Part shown: piece by piece, positions 37,533 through 47,763 of the stretch
Layout: each line of letters begins with the position of its first letter
Numbering within the stretch: position 1 is the first letter of the stretch
Assembly (NCBI GenBank): GCA_046757165.1
Contig: JBHHXT010000009.1
Coordinates: 1 to 58,204 of the forward strand
Source: a bacterium
Lineage (GTDB): Bacteria; Zhuqueibacterota; Zhuqueibacteria; Oceanimicrobiales; Oceanimicrobiaceae
Direction: 5' to 3'
DNA: 58,204 nucleotides
Translations under genes and position numbers: made by a program
Notes under the pieces: model-generated
Database searches by the model: none
Seen by the model: the letters and a program-made list of their open reading frames with translations, nothing else
What the model was told of the DNA's origin: nothing

Positions 37533-37677
37533 CCTTCATTTGACGCGCGAACTCCAGCATAAACAAAACGTCGCTGTGAAAAGAAAACTGATTTTCAGGA
37601 TTCATCTTGGCGTCCTTTTAGAAACCCCTTTTTCAAAGCAAAAAATCCTAAAAAGTTAAAACAAAAAACTTAAATAG

Positions 37678-38541
37678 TCAAGAGTTATTCGCGTAATTTT
37701 TCAAGAAGTTAACCAAAGCGTCCTTCCAATGCGGCATGTGGTCCAGGCCAATCGCCCGCAGGTTTAGATTCTCGAGCACGCTGTACAGGGGTCGTTTCAC
37801 CGGGGTCGGAAAATCCGCCGCCAGACACGGCTCAAGAGGCGTTTGCAAGTGCAGCTCCGAAAAAATGACTCCGGCAAACTCGTACCAGGAACACGCTTCC
37901 TGGCATGTCATATGGTATAAGCCGAAAGCTCCGCTCTGAACCAGGGCCAGGGTGTTGCGGGCAATGTCGCTCACCGGTGTGGGCGTGAGCACTTCATCGT
38001 CGACAACGCGCACTTCCGGCTTTTCCCGGGCAGCTTTCAGCATGGTCATGATAAAATTGCCCCCCTTCGCCCGGCACGGCGTGCGGCCATAGATGCCGGA
38101 GAGGCGCACGACGAAATGGCGCTGACAATGGTTCAGTACCAGGGTTTCACCGCTCAACTTGGTCAGCCCGTACATATTCAAGGGGTTGGTCCTATCCACT
38201 TCCAGGTAGGGTGTCCTTTTCTGACCGTCAAACACGTAGTCGGTGCTGAAATGCACCAGAACCGCGCCGATCTCCTCGGTGACGCGCGCGAGATTGAACG
38301 CGCCCAGAGCGTTGACTTTGAACGATTGCACCGGCTCCTGTTCACACAGCGGCACGTTATGATAGGCCGCCGTGTTGACCACAACAGACGGTTGCAGGGC
38401 TCGCAATCGTGTTTGCACACTTTCGAGGTCGGAAACTTCGACCTCATCGTGGGTCAACGCCATGACTTCGTGGTGTCGAGAAAACGTTGCGCACAGCTCT
38501 GTTCCGAGCTGGCCGTTGGCGCCGATGACGGCTATTTTCAT
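37678..38541 (-). CDS. rmlD: dTDP-4-dehydrorhamnose reductase
   Basis: GANGQLG, STDYVFDG, YGLTK, RP.YS.L. Confidence 0.9.
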   Translation of the reverse strand: MKIAVIGANGQLGTELCATFSRHHEVMALTHDEVEVSDLESVQTRLRALQPSVVVNTAAYHNVPLCEQEPVQSFKVNALGAFNLARVTEEIGAVLVHFSTDYVFDGQKRTPYLEVDRTNPLNMYGLTKLSGETLVLNHCQRHFVVRLSGIYGRTPCRAKGGNFIMTMLKAAREKPEVRVVDDEVLTPTPVSDIARNTLALVQSGAFGLYHMTCQEACSWYEFAGVIFSELHLQTPLEPCLAADFPTPVKRPLYSVLENLNLRAIGLDHMPHWKDALVNFLKNYANNS

Positions 38542-38577
38542 CGCATGATCCTCCGATGAACCCGGTCGGCCGGATTT

Positions 38578-39543
38578 CTATCCTCCCGCGTTGATGGTTT
38601 TGAAGACCTCGATGTTGTAGTAGTTGGGATTATCGAAGTCCTTGAAATTTTCGTAGTTCGCGATCAGCTCCTTGACAATCGCATCGATCTCGAACCTGGG
38701 CTTGAAGCTCAACACATTTCTCGCTTTCTCGAAACTGACTTTGTAATTGCGAATATCCTGCATATGGCGGATGTCGAGCTTGATGTTTCCCTTCTTTTCC
38801 TCCAGACCGGCTTTGACCCAATCCGCAATTTCGCCGATGGTATAGTTGCCGGAAGCCACGTTGAAGATGCCGGACACACTCTCATTGGCTTCCACGGCAC
38901 GGATATAGGCGCTGCACGCATCCTGAATGCTCAGGATCGGCCGCCAGATCGAAGGGTTGTTGACCGTGATCACGCCGTCCTGCATGGCCGTCTTGAACAT
39001 GGTGTTGACCACCAGATCCAACCGCATGCGCGGACTGTAGCCGCACACCGTCCCTTGCCGCAGGCAAATGACCGAGAGATCTTTGTCCCGCATCTGCATC
39101 ACCGCTTGCTCGCCCTGCAGCTTGGAAATCCCATATGGATAGTTGGACACGGCGGGCGATGTTTCGTCATAGAGGGCGTTTTCGGTGTAGCCATAGACAG
39201 AGCACGTCCCCGCATAGACAAATCTTTGCACCTCTGTCTGCCTGGCGATGTAACACAAATACGCCGGTGCAGAGGCATTGTAAATAAAGTTCTTGCCGGG
39301 CGAATATTCGGCCATCGGGTCATTGGAAAGACCGGCAAGAAAAATGAGCTGCTGATACTTCGACACCTCCTTGCTGGTGAGCTCAAAAACGTCCTTGTTT
39401 GTTCTCGTGACCCCATCAGGCAAGTGGTCGCCGAACCAGAACAGGTCGACAACATCAACGTCGTAACCGCGTTCGAGTAGCCTGGGAACCAAAGCCGAGC
39501 CGATGTATCCGCCACCACCTACAACCAGTAGTCTCATTTGCAT
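38578..39543 (-). CDS. NAD-dependent sugar epimerase/dehydratase (extended SDR)
   Basis: GGGGYIG, YGISK, SPRMRLDLVVN. Confidence 0.88.
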   Translation of the reverse strand: MQMRLLVVGGGGYIGSALVPRLLERGYDVDVVDLFWFGDHLPDGVTRTNKDVFELTSKEVSKYQQLIFLAGLSNDPMAEYSPGKNFIYNASAPAYLCYIARQTEVQRFVYAGTCSVYGYTENALYDETSPAVSNYPYGISKLQGEQAVMQMRDKDLSVICLRQGTVCGYSPRMRLDLVVNTMFKTAMQDGVITVNNPSIWRPILSIQDACSAYIRAVEANESVSGIFNVASGNYTIGEIADWVKAGLEEKKGNIKLDIRHMQDIRNYKVSFEKARNVLSFKPRFEIDAIVKELIANYENFKDFDNPNYYNIEVFKTINAGG

Positions 39544-39606
39544 TCACCTTTTTTTAGCACTATCCACGCGAGGCGTGGGTTTCGATGACAGTAAGCAGGG
39601 TGTCCC

Positions 39607-39641
39607 GGCCCACCCCACAAGCTAAAGCTTGAACACCGGCC
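39607..39641. repeat. REP-like element of the family at 1-25 and 1168
   Basis: CCCCACAAGCTAAAGCTTGAACACCGGCC. Confidence 0.7.
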
Positions 39642-39682
39642 CGGCCCCGCCCCGATTCGGGCGTGTTGACTTGCAAGCCTGT

Positions 39683-40252
39683 TCAGGAATATTTAAAATG
39701 GCGCGACTCCGCTTTGGCAAGCCATTCCGCCAGCGTTTGCGCTTTACCATCCTTCTCCGACACGATGGGTTCCCGAACCGGCCAGTCGATGCCGATCTCC
39801 GGGTCATTCCAGCGGATCCCGGATTCGCAGTTGGGATTGTAGATGCCGGTGCATTTGTATTGAATTTCAGCGAAGTCAGACAGAACACAAAAGCCGCGGG
39901 CAAATCCGGCCGGCGCCCAGAGCTGTTTTTTGTTCTGAGCCGAGACCACTTCCCCGTACCATTTTCCGAGCGTAGGCGAGCCTGTGCGAATATCCACCGC
40001 CACCAGGAAGGCCTCACCAACCGTAACCCTCATGAGTTTAGCCATGGCCGGCTGCCATTGAAAATGGAGGCCGCGCAGGACATTCTTTCTCGAGCGGGAG
40101 TGATTGTCTTGCACAAACTCGTGCGGCAGCCCCAACTCCCTGAACTTGTCCGCCCGAAAAGCTTCCAGGAAAAAGCCTCTTTCATCTTCAAACACTTGTG
40201 GCACAAGCACCTTGACCTCGCCGAAATGTACAGATTCGATCTTGATTTCCAT
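39683..40252 (-). CDS. rmlC: dTDP-4-dehydrorhamnose 3,5-epimerase
   Basis: DERGFF, VQDNHS.S, LRGLHFQ, VDIR..SPT.G.W. Confidence 0.95.
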   Translation of the reverse strand: MEIKIESVHFGEVKVLVPQVFEDERGFFLEAFRADKFRELGLPHEFVQDNHSRSRKNVLRGLHFQWQPAMAKLMRVTVGEAFLVAVDIRTGSPTLGKWYGEVVSAQNKKQLWAPAGFARGFCVLSDFAEIQYKCTGIYNPNCESGIRWNDPEIGIDWPVREPIVSEKDGKAQTLAEWLAKAESRHFKYS

Positions 40253-40255
40253 GAG

Positions 40256-41341
40256 TTATCCTTCCGTGTTCAAGCTGTGGTTCATTAACTCCGTGTAGGT
40301 TTTTTTGCCTTTGAAAAAATAGGCGAACAAAACACTCTCGTGGTGGATCATGCTTCGGAGTCGGTCGTCCGAAAGGACTCTTTTGCTCTGCGAATCCTTT
40401 CGCTTTTTTAGAATCAAAGGGAGATGGCAGATGAGCCAGGCATAGGCTTTGAGCACAGCAAACGCTTTCATGAAATCGAATTTCAGGGTCGCGCCGGCCA
40501 GGCAAACGGTATCGAGAAAAAAACGAATCGGCAAGACCTTGAGCAGATTGCCGGTTTCAAAGTTCTTGATGAGCATAAACAGGCTGTTCCTGAAATTCCA
40601 GTACACCTTCTTGAAGCTGTCGGGCGCGATGGTCGCGCCGGCGTAGTGATAGATCTTCGACTCCGGAATAACCTTCAATTTGTACCCGGCCAGACGGAGC
40701 CGCCAACACAAATCGATCTCCTCCATGTGATGCACAAAGTCTTCATCCAGAAGCGCGGTTTTTGCCAGCGCCTCGGCCCGCACGAACATGGCGGCGCCGC
40801 TGGTCCAGAAGACCTCGACCTCATCATCATATTGGCCCGCGTCCTGCTCCATCGTATAAAAAACCCTGCCGCGCAAGAACGGATAGCCATACCTGTCGAT
40901 AAATCCGCCGGAAGCGCCGGCATATTCGAACTGGCCGGGCTGCAGCATGGCCAGCAGTTTGGGCTGCAGCGCCGCGATTTGCGGGTCGTTCTCAGCCGCT
41001 GCCACCAGGGGGTGCAGCCAATCAGGGTCAACCTTTACATCGTTGTTCAGGAGGACGTAGTACTTGCCGGCGGCATGTTGAAAGGCAATATTGTACGCCC
41101 GGCTGTACCCGCCGTTGGCGCCTGTTTCAACGATTCTGACTTGCGGAAATTGACGCCTGGTGTAGCCGACGCTGTCATCGGTGGAATGATTGTCCACCAG
41201 CACGATCTCGAAGTTGGGATAGGCAGTTTTGACGAGCGACTCGAAGCAGTCTGGTAAGAATTTTCGGCCGTTGTAGTTCAACACCAGGACGCTGACTAAC
41301 GGATCGTGCTCTTTGTTCTCTGCGCTTCTGTTCTGTGACAC
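40256..41341 (-). CDS. GT2 glycosyltransferase
   Basis: VDNHSTD, LLNND, SGAAM, EEIDLCWR. Confidence 0.9.
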   Translation of the reverse strand: MSQNRSAENKEHDPLVSVLVLNYNGRKFLPDCFESLVKTAYPNFEIVLVDNHSTDDSVGYTRRQFPQVRIVETGANGGYSRAYNIAFQHAAGKYYVLLNNDVKVDPDWLHPLVAAAENDPQIAALQPKLLAMLQPGQFEYAGASGGFIDRYGYPFLRGRVFYTMEQDAGQYDDEVEVFWTSGAAMFVRAEALAKTALLDEDFVHHMEEIDLCWRLRLAGYKLKVIPESKIYHYAGATIAPDSFKKVYWNFRNSLFMLIKNFETGNLLKVLPIRFFLDTVCLAGATLKFDFMKAFAVLKAYAWLICHLPLILKKRKDSQSKRVLSDDRLRSMIHHESVLFAYFFKGKKTYTELMNHSLNTEG

Positions 41342-41403
41342 CTAAGTTCCTGTTGCTTGCTCTCTGGACGTGTTTTCACGGGCGCTCACACCTGTCTCCA
41401 TGG

Positions 41404-42363
41404 CTACGCTTCCTTCACGAACCCCATTTTGGCGTACTTGTCAATTCGCGCCTGCACCAGATCATCTGGTGGAATTTTCATCAGCTGCTCGATTTCGCGC
41501 AGAATGTGCGTCTTGAGAATGGTGGCTGCGCCATCATAATCGTGGTGTGCGCCGCCGAGCGGCTCTTTGATCGCCAGGTCGATGACTCCCAGCTCCAGCA
41601 AGTCCGGTGCGGTGAGTTTCATCGCTTCGGCGGCCTGCTCGGCTTTGGTGCTGTCGCGCCACAAGATAGCAGCACAGCCCTCAGGGGAGATGACAGAGTA
41701 CCAGGTGTTTTCCATCATCATGACGCGGTCGCCGACCCCAATTCCGAGCGCACCGCCGGAGGCTCCCTCGCCAATGACCACAATGAGGATGGGGACGCGC
41801 AGATGGGACATTTCAAACAGATTGCGCGCGATCGCTTCCGCCTGCCCGCGCTCCTCAGCGCCAATGCCCGGAAAAGCCCCCGGCGTGTCTACCAGGCAAA
41901 CGATGGGGCGGTTGAATTTTTCGGCGAGCTTCATGACCCGCAGCGCCTTGCGATAGCCTTCCGGATGCGGCATGCCGAAATTGCGGTGCAGCTTTTGTTT
42001 CGTCGTGCGTCCCTTCTGGTGGCCGATGATGGCCACTTTGCCGTGCTCGATTTTTCCGATTCCTGCGATAATCGCCGGATCATCGCCAAAAGCACGGTCG
42101 CCATGCAGCTCGAAAAAGCTGCTCGTCATCCGTTCGATGTAGTCTCTGGTGTACGGTCGCTGCGGATGGCGGGCCAGTTGCAGCCGCTGCCAGCGGCTGA
42201 GTTTGGCGTAGATTTCGGCGCGCAGCTTGTCTGCTTTTTGCTCGAGCCGGGAAATCTCATCCGAAATCTCGACTTTCTCATTCTGAGAATACTCCTTCAT
42301 TTCGCGAATGCGGCGCTCCAGCTCAACGATCGGTTTCTCAAATTCTAAGACATATTCACTCAT
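41404..42363 (-). CDS. accA: Acetyl-CoA carboxylase carboxyltransferase alpha subunit
   Basis: [39 protein letters not shown]. Confidence 0.97.
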   Translation of the reverse strand: MSEYVLEFEKPIVELERRIREMKEYSQNEKVEISDEISRLEQKADKLRAEIYAKLSRWQRLQLARHPQRPYTRDYIERMTSSFFELHGDRAFGDDPAIIAGIGKIEHGKVAIIGHQKGRTTKQKLHRNFGMPHPEGYRKALRVMKLAEKFNRPIVCLVDTPGAFPGIGAEERGQAEAIARNLFEMSHLRVPILIVVIGEGASGGALGIGVGDRVMMMENTWYSVISPEGCAAILWRDSTKAEQAAEAMKLTAPDLLELGVIDLAIKEPLGGAHHDYDGAATILKTHILREIEQLMKIPPDDLVQARIDKYAKMGFVKEA

Positions 42364-42371
42364 GGTTCTCT

Positions 42372-44498
42372 CTAAACGTTCAACAAAGATTTAAAAATAA
42401 TCTCCATATCCAGCAGCGGAGAATAATTCTTGAGGTAGTAGATTTGATATCGCTGTTTATCCTCCAAACTCAACTGCTTTCGAGCGTTCACTTGCACCAG
42501 CCCGGTCAGCCCTGGTTTCAAGTCGAGATTCAGGCCTACCGAGGTCGCGCGGGATTCTGACGCCTCGACCATTTCGCTGCCGACAAAACTCAAATCCCCT
42601 TTCAGCACAGCCCAAAGATACAGGATCTTGTCAAGTATCGATTGGCTTTTGTTGCCAAGTTCCTGCACCGTGACTTCGCCGTTCAAGCCATGAATGGCTT
42701 TACCCTGCAAACTCGCGGAAGTTAAGGATTTTTTTAGCAAAAACAAAGGAAGAGTTATCAGCAAAGTCAAACAAGCCAGACAAACATCGAACCCTCGTTT
42801 CAACAGGCGATACCGTTTCTGGTGCAGCTTGTAGTCGATCTCCAGGAGCGGCACATCCTCGATGCGATCGATCGAAGCCTTGCCAATGATGACCTCCAGA
42901 TTACTTGGAATTAACTTGAAATTGACGCGCTGGTTCCCGGATTTTGCAATAATCGCAAGGATCTGATCATAGGAAAGCTCATGGGGGGAAAAAATGACTT
43001 CCTGAATGTGGTTCGCCTTGATAATATCATTGAGATCATCGATGGCCCCCAGCACTTCGACGCCGCTGAGCACCTCGCCAGTCTGCGAGCCGTTCATGCT
43101 GACCAGCCCGGAGATGTCGTAGCCACTATCGACCTGAGAATTGAGTTTCTGAATCAGCTTTTGGCCGGACTCGAGGTCGCCGACGACGAGCGTGTTGCGC
43201 GCCAGCAGCGTCTTGCCCAACGTGCCCTTGAACGGCAGCAACCCGGTCCTTGCCAGCATCTTGAAGGCCAGCCGCCAGGCCGGAATGGCGAAGATGCTGA
43301 TCATGCTGCTCATCAGCACCACCGCACGCGAGAAGGCATACTGCTTGAAAAAGAATGTCAGACTAGCATTGATCAAAAAACCCGTCGCCATGGCAAGCGC
43401 TGCCTTTGAGGAGGAAAACTTGTGCTGGGTATAACTGCCAGTGAATGTCAGCAGCACCATCCAGATCAACGAATAGACAGCCAGAACCGGCACAAACTGC
43501 GCCAGGGTGTCGAGGCTGCCAAAGCGCCAGTAAATGCTGAAAATAATGGTCGAGCACAGAAGCACCAGGTCGGCAGTCGGAGCTGCCAGGGCCTGCAAGA
43601 GATTGCCCAGAAAGGAAACACCGGCGCGCAGCCAGATGGCAAGCCACAACATCCAGTACGGCATCAGGAAATAGCGCTGGCTGAAATGTTTGCGGGCGAA
43701 CTGGCCCATCGCCTGGTAAAACACCTTGAGCCGGTCGAACTGCGCTTTTTTCGAGCTTTCTCCTTTGAAATGGATGATCTGGGTGCCCGGGTAGTACATC
43801 ACTTTCCACGGGCTCTGCCCGATGCGGTAGCACCAATCCAGGTCCTCCCCGTACATAAAAAAAGACTCATCAAGCAGCCCGACATCTTTGATGGTTTCGC
43901 GCCGCACCATCATGAAGGAACCGGAAATCGCCTCGACCGCACAGGGTTCATCCGGGTCGAGATAGGTGAGATTGTACCTGCCGAACAGTTTGCTCCGCGA
44001 GAAGATCGTGCTCAGGCCGCTTAGTTTGGTGAAGGCCACCCACGGGGTCGGAAAACTGCGGCGGCAGGCCAATTGCAGGCTGCCGTCCGGGTTCAGAATC
44101 TTGCAGCCCACCATGCCGGCGTCCGGATTCCCCTCGAAGAACTCCAGCAGCTTGACAAAGGTGTCCTCCTGCACGATCGTATCCGGATTGAGCAGAAGCA
44201 GGTACTTGCCTCTGGCGGCTTTCACGCCCTGGTTCGAGCTTTTGGCGAAGCCCAGATTCTCCCGGTTGGCGATGAGCTTGACTTCGGGAAACCGCTCACG
44301 CACAAGCGTCTGGCTGCCATCGCGTGAGGCGTTGTCTACCACGATGACCTCCGCGGAAATCTGGCTGAGCGCCTTTTGCACCGAAATCAACGCTTGCTCC
44401 AGGAACTCTTTGACGTTGTAGTTGACGATGATAATGGAGAGATCCACGGTTTGAAGCCCGGAGAGGCGAGGCTTGCGCTTTGTCGGATTCTTGATCAA
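42372..44498 (-). CDS. GT2 fused to membrane, CoA-binding-like and sugar-transferase-like domains
   Basis: N-terminal GT2 (LLNPD, GEDLDWC), TM region, KRGFD, KPGLTG, YLKNYS..LD. Confidence 0.85.
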   Translation of the reverse strand: MIKNPTKRKPRLSGLQTVDLSIIIVNYNVKEFLEQALISVQKALSQISAEVIVVDNASRDGSQTLVRERFPEVKLIANRENLGFAKSSNQGVKAARGKYLLLLNPDTIVQEDTFVKLLEFFEGNPDAGMVGCKILNPDGSLQLACRRSFPTPWVAFTKLSGLSTIFSRSKLFGRYNLTYLDPDEPCAVEAISGSFMMVRRETIKDVGLLDESFFMYGEDLDWCYRIGQSPWKVMYYPGTQIIHFKGESSKKAQFDRLKVFYQAMGQFARKHFSQRYFLMPYWMLWLAIWLRAGVSFLGNLLQALAAPTADLVLLCSTIIFSIYWRFGSLDTLAQFVPVLAVYSLIWMVLLTFTGSYTQHKFSSSKAALAMATGFLINASLTFFFKQYAFSRAVVLMSSMISIFAIPAWRLAFKMLARTGLLPFKGTLGKTLLARNTLVVGDLESGQKLIQKLNSQVDSGYDISGLVSMNGSQTGEVLSGVEVLGAIDDLNDIIKANHIQEVIFSPHELSYDQILAIIAKSGNQRVNFKLIPSNLEVIIGKASIDRIEDVPLLEIDYKLHQKRYRLLKRGFDVCLACLTLLITLPLFLLKKSLTSASLQGKAIHGLNGEVTVQELGNKSQSILDKILYLWAVLKGDLSFVGSEMVEASESRATSVGLNLDLKPGLTGLVQVNARKQLSLEDKQRYQIYYLKNYSPLLDMEIIFKSLLNV

Positions 44499-44684
44499 AT
44501 CTGCGCTTTTGTAACGATTCAGGGTGTTTAGGTGTTTAGACTGTAGGCGATTAGGCTGTTAGTTGCTTCCGACAGCTAAAAGTCTACCGCCTATCTACAC
44601 GAAACACGCAGAGAAATGACGGACAGAAACGAACAAACTCTGCGGTCTCAGCGACTACGTAAAAATAACAAGATGGTAGTTCAC

Positions 44685-44746
44685 CGTAGCCATACCCCCT
44701 TGTGGGGTATCCTCGCAGAAGCGACCCACAAGGGGTCGAGGCTACG
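44685..44746. repeat. GTAG-type REP doublet
   Basis: CGTAGCC..CCCCTTGTGGG...CCCACAAGGGG..GGCTACG; half copy at 6097-6121. Confidence 0.65.
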
Positions 44747-44776
44747 ATTCAATGTTACCGCCTCAAGTCAGTCAGG

Positions 44777-45511
44777 TCAGTCCTTCCTCATTCTAAGCTT
44801 GTGTAGCAAGCTCAACAACCTGAGCTTCCAAACCATCCAGGTCGCCTCGCGCATCACCTTATAAGTCATCTTCGAGGCGCCTTTGGTGCGGTCCACAAAA
44901 ATGATCGGGTGCTCCACAATCTTGAACTCTCGGCGCCAGGCTTTATAAGCCATTTCGATCTGGAAGGAATAGCCGTCGCTCGAAATCCTGTCGAGATTGA
45001 TGCTTTCCAGCACCCTTCTTCGAAAACACTTGAAACCGCTGGTGCAGTCATGGATCGGCATTCTGGTGATCAGGCGTGTGTAGAAATTGGCCATCAAACT
45101 AATCAAGAGCCGGGAAAACGGCCAGTTGATGACGTTGACGCCGGTCAGATACCTCGAGCCGATGACGAGGTCACATGATCTGGCCTTGTGCAGCATCTTC
45201 GGGATCTCCTGAGGGTCGTGCGAGTGGTCGGCGTCCATTTCAAAAATGAAATCGTATCCCTGCTTGATAGCATACTTGAATCCATCAACGTATGCCGTGC
45301 CCAGCCCGAGCTTGTTTTGACGTCGAATCAAATGCAGGCTGCCATTATTTTTGCCCAGGTTGGCGACGCACTCTCCGGTTCCATCCGGCGAGTTATCGTC
45401 CACGACCAGGACGGCCAAATTGGGAACCTTCAAAGCAAAAACCTTGTCGATAAGACTCTCGATGTTATCAATTTCGTTGTAGGTCGGGATTATTACCAGT
45501 ATTTTCTCCAT
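44777..45511 (-). CDS. Polyprenol monophosphomannose synthase (DPM1-like GT2)
   Basis: IIPTYNE, DDNSPDGT, KLGLGTAY, MDADHSH, GYSFQIE. Confidence 0.9.
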   Translation of the reverse strand: MEKILVIIPTYNEIDNIESLIDKVFALKVPNLAVLVVDDNSPDGTGECVANLGKNNGSLHLIRRQNKLGLGTAYVDGFKYAIKQGYDFIFEMDADHSHDPQEIPKMLHKARSCDLVIGSRYLTGVNVINWPFSRLLISLMANFYTRLITRMPIHDCTSGFKCFRRRVLESINLDRISSDGYSFQIEMAYKAWRREFKIVEHPIIFVDRTKGASKMTYKVMREATWMVWKLRLLSLLHKLRMRKD

Positions 45512-45566
45512 GCAGATATGTCGTGTTCCTTTCCCCGATGGTGCGGTAGCCAAACGTTCGGTGCGC

Positions 45567-46481
45567 TTAACTGTCGAGCTGCTGCTTCAGTTTGGTCAAC
45601 CCCTCCTCGATGCCGCCTAACTTGACCCCAACTTCATCGTAAAGTTTGGACAGGTCGAAGCTGCAGTTGAGGGGCCTGGGTGCTTTTTGGTTCAAGTCTT
45701 TTGTCTTGATGCGGGCAATCAAAGATTTGTCAAAGCCAAAAACGTCAGCGAGTTTCAGTGCAAAATCATAGCGCGTATCACAGTCAGAGCCAGTCACGTG
45801 ATACAGTCCCGTCTTCTTCAATTCCACAATCTTGTAGACAGCAAATGCGAGATCATCGGCCAGCGTCGGGTGGCCGTACTGGTCATCCACGATGGTGACC
45901 CGCTCCCCGGCACGCAGCTTGCCGACCAACCAGGTTGCGAAGTTGGGCTTCACGTTTTTGCCGGTGCCGTAAAGGACCATGGTTCGCAAGATTGCGTACT
46001 CGGCGCCGCTGAGCATAACGGCGTTTTCTCCGGCGAGTTTTGACCGGCCATAATACCCCAGCGGGTGGGGGACGGATTCTTCGTTGTAGTTCCCGTCGAC
46101 GCCATCGAAGACATAATCGGTCGAGATGTGAATCAAAACGGCGGCCATCCGCCGGGCGGCATAAGCCAGGTTCTCAACGCCGGTAACGTTGACCTTCCAA
46201 CACGTCTCTTTATCCTCTTCGCTGCCGTCCACATTGGTATAGGCGGCGGCATTGATGATGTAGTTCGGCTCCAGGGATTTTACAAGCGCGAGCACATTTT
46301 TTCTTCGGGTGATGTCACACTGCACGTACTCATACCCGTCAAGCTGCAGCGCTGAATCGGGCTTGATCCCCAGGCCGTGAACTTCAAAATCGTGCTGGAA
46401 GGTTTCCACCAGCTTCTGGCCAAGCAGGCCATTTGCGCCGCTGATGAGCACCTTTTTTTTGAGGAGTTTCAAATTAGCCAT
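45567..46481 (-). CDS. rmlD: dTDP-4-dehydrorhamnose reductase family protein (second paralogue)
   Basis: GANGLLG, STDYVFDG, YGRSK, APRP. Confidence 0.8.
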   Translation of the reverse strand: MANLKLLKKKVLISGANGLLGQKLVETFQHDFEVHGLGIKPDSALQLDGYEYVQCDITRRKNVLALVKSLEPNYIINAAAYTNVDGSEEDKETCWKVNVTGVENLAYAARRMAAVLIHISTDYVFDGVDGNYNEESVPHPLGYYGRSKLAGENAVMLSGAEYAILRTMVLYGTGKNVKPNFATWLVGKLRAGERVTIVDDQYGHPTLADDLAFAVYKIVELKKTGLYHVTGSDCDTRYDFALKLADVFGFDKSLIARIKTKDLNQKAPRPLNCSFDLSKLYDEVGVKLGGIEEGLTKLKQQLDS

Positions 46482-46845
46482 GTAAAGTGAACTCAATCCC
46501 TTTCATCTTAGCGTCTGCAATGTGACGATTAACACCGTAAATTACACCAAATTACCCTAATTTGCAAACAAAAATACGCGTTTGCCGTGGAGCGAAAAGC
46601 TAATCGCTCAAGTTAGGCGCTGACGAGTCAAGTTCTGTCATTCTTCGGCAAGAGTTTTTTATGGTTCAGTTTTTTTCAATTTTAGCCCGATATAACTTTC
46701 TCTTCGCGTTCTTCGCGCCTTTGCGGTGAATGAATTGTTCAGGTTAGAGTTTAGTTTAGGATTTCGAATTTCCGGTTGTTGAATCCCGCGGCCTTCTGCG
46801 GGGCTTGTCCGGCTTAGGTGCAAACAAAAAGCCCGTGCCTCCCAC

Positions 46846-47760
46846 CTACCCGATCATACGCTGGATTTCCTTAATTCCCGTGCTCCCCAAAAACGTACAA
46901 TTCGCGGCCGCCACTCGGTGCGCAAAAGCGGTCGCGGTGATTTCATCCGCGCCGCCAAGCGCTTTTACAACGTATGCAGCTTCAAAGGCATCGCCGCAGC
47001 CGATGATGTCGACCACATCGGAAACGTGTTGCGCCGGAACGCGCTGGACATGAACCTCACCTTGCTTTGAATAGCACAGATACGACCCCTTATCCGCCAG
47101 CGTGATGTGGCAGACAGACGGCCGTAATTGTAACACCTGCCTGCCAAACTCGACCAGAAGCTCGACTGGCGCAGCTTCTGTCAGACCTGCCAGCGTCCTC
47201 GCCTCCATTTCATTCACCTGCAAGACGTCCACCTGATCGATCCATTCGCGCCAATCCGGCGGACGACTGTAGAAGCGTTCTCCGTGCTGACCAATTCCGA
47301 GCGCGTGGGAGTGAAAATCCAGATAGACAAGCGCTTGCGAAGCCTGCCGGAACCGTCTGAGCGCCGCCAGCTCCACGTCGCAGCCGGTGATCAGGTTGAC
47401 GATGACCGCGTCCGCCTCTTTCAGCAACAGGGTCTGTTCAAAAGTCACGGGCGGCATGGGCGCGGTCGTTATCTCGTCGCGCTCTTGTGGCCCGGTGTAG
47501 TACAGACGCACCTGCGTGTTGTCGCGCGCCAATTTCGTCAGCCCGTCCAGGCGCACGTTAGGATATGCCAGTAACCTGCTGCTGACTTCATCATAGAAAT
47601 CCGTTCCGATATTGCACACCGGGTAGATTTCATCAGAGCTGCCGAGCAGATTGGCCAGGTACGAAACAGTGAAAAAAATTCCGCCGATGCTGCTGAGCTC
47701 CGGACGCTGCCAGGGGAAGATTCTATCGCGAATAAACGTCCCGATCACACCGATTTTCAT
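46846..47760 (-). CDS. PfkB-family carbohydrate kinase
   Basis: QVNEMEA; DIIGCGDAF signature. Confidence 0.85.
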   Translation of the reverse strand: MKIGVIGTFIRDRIFPWQRPELSSIGGIFFTVSYLANLLGSSDEIYPVCNIGTDFYDEVSSRLLAYPNVRLDGLTKLARDNTQVRLYYTGPQERDEITTAPMPPVTFEQTLLLKEADAVIVNLITGCDVELAALRRFRQASQALVYLDFHSHALGIGQHGERFYSRPPDWREWIDQVDVLQVNEMEARTLAGLTEAAPVELLVEFGRQVLQLRPSVCHITLADKGSYLCYSKQGEVHVQRVPAQHVSDVVDIIGCGDAFEAAYVVKALGGADEITATAFAHRVAAANCTFLGSTGIKEIQRMIG

Positions 47761-47763
47761 CGT

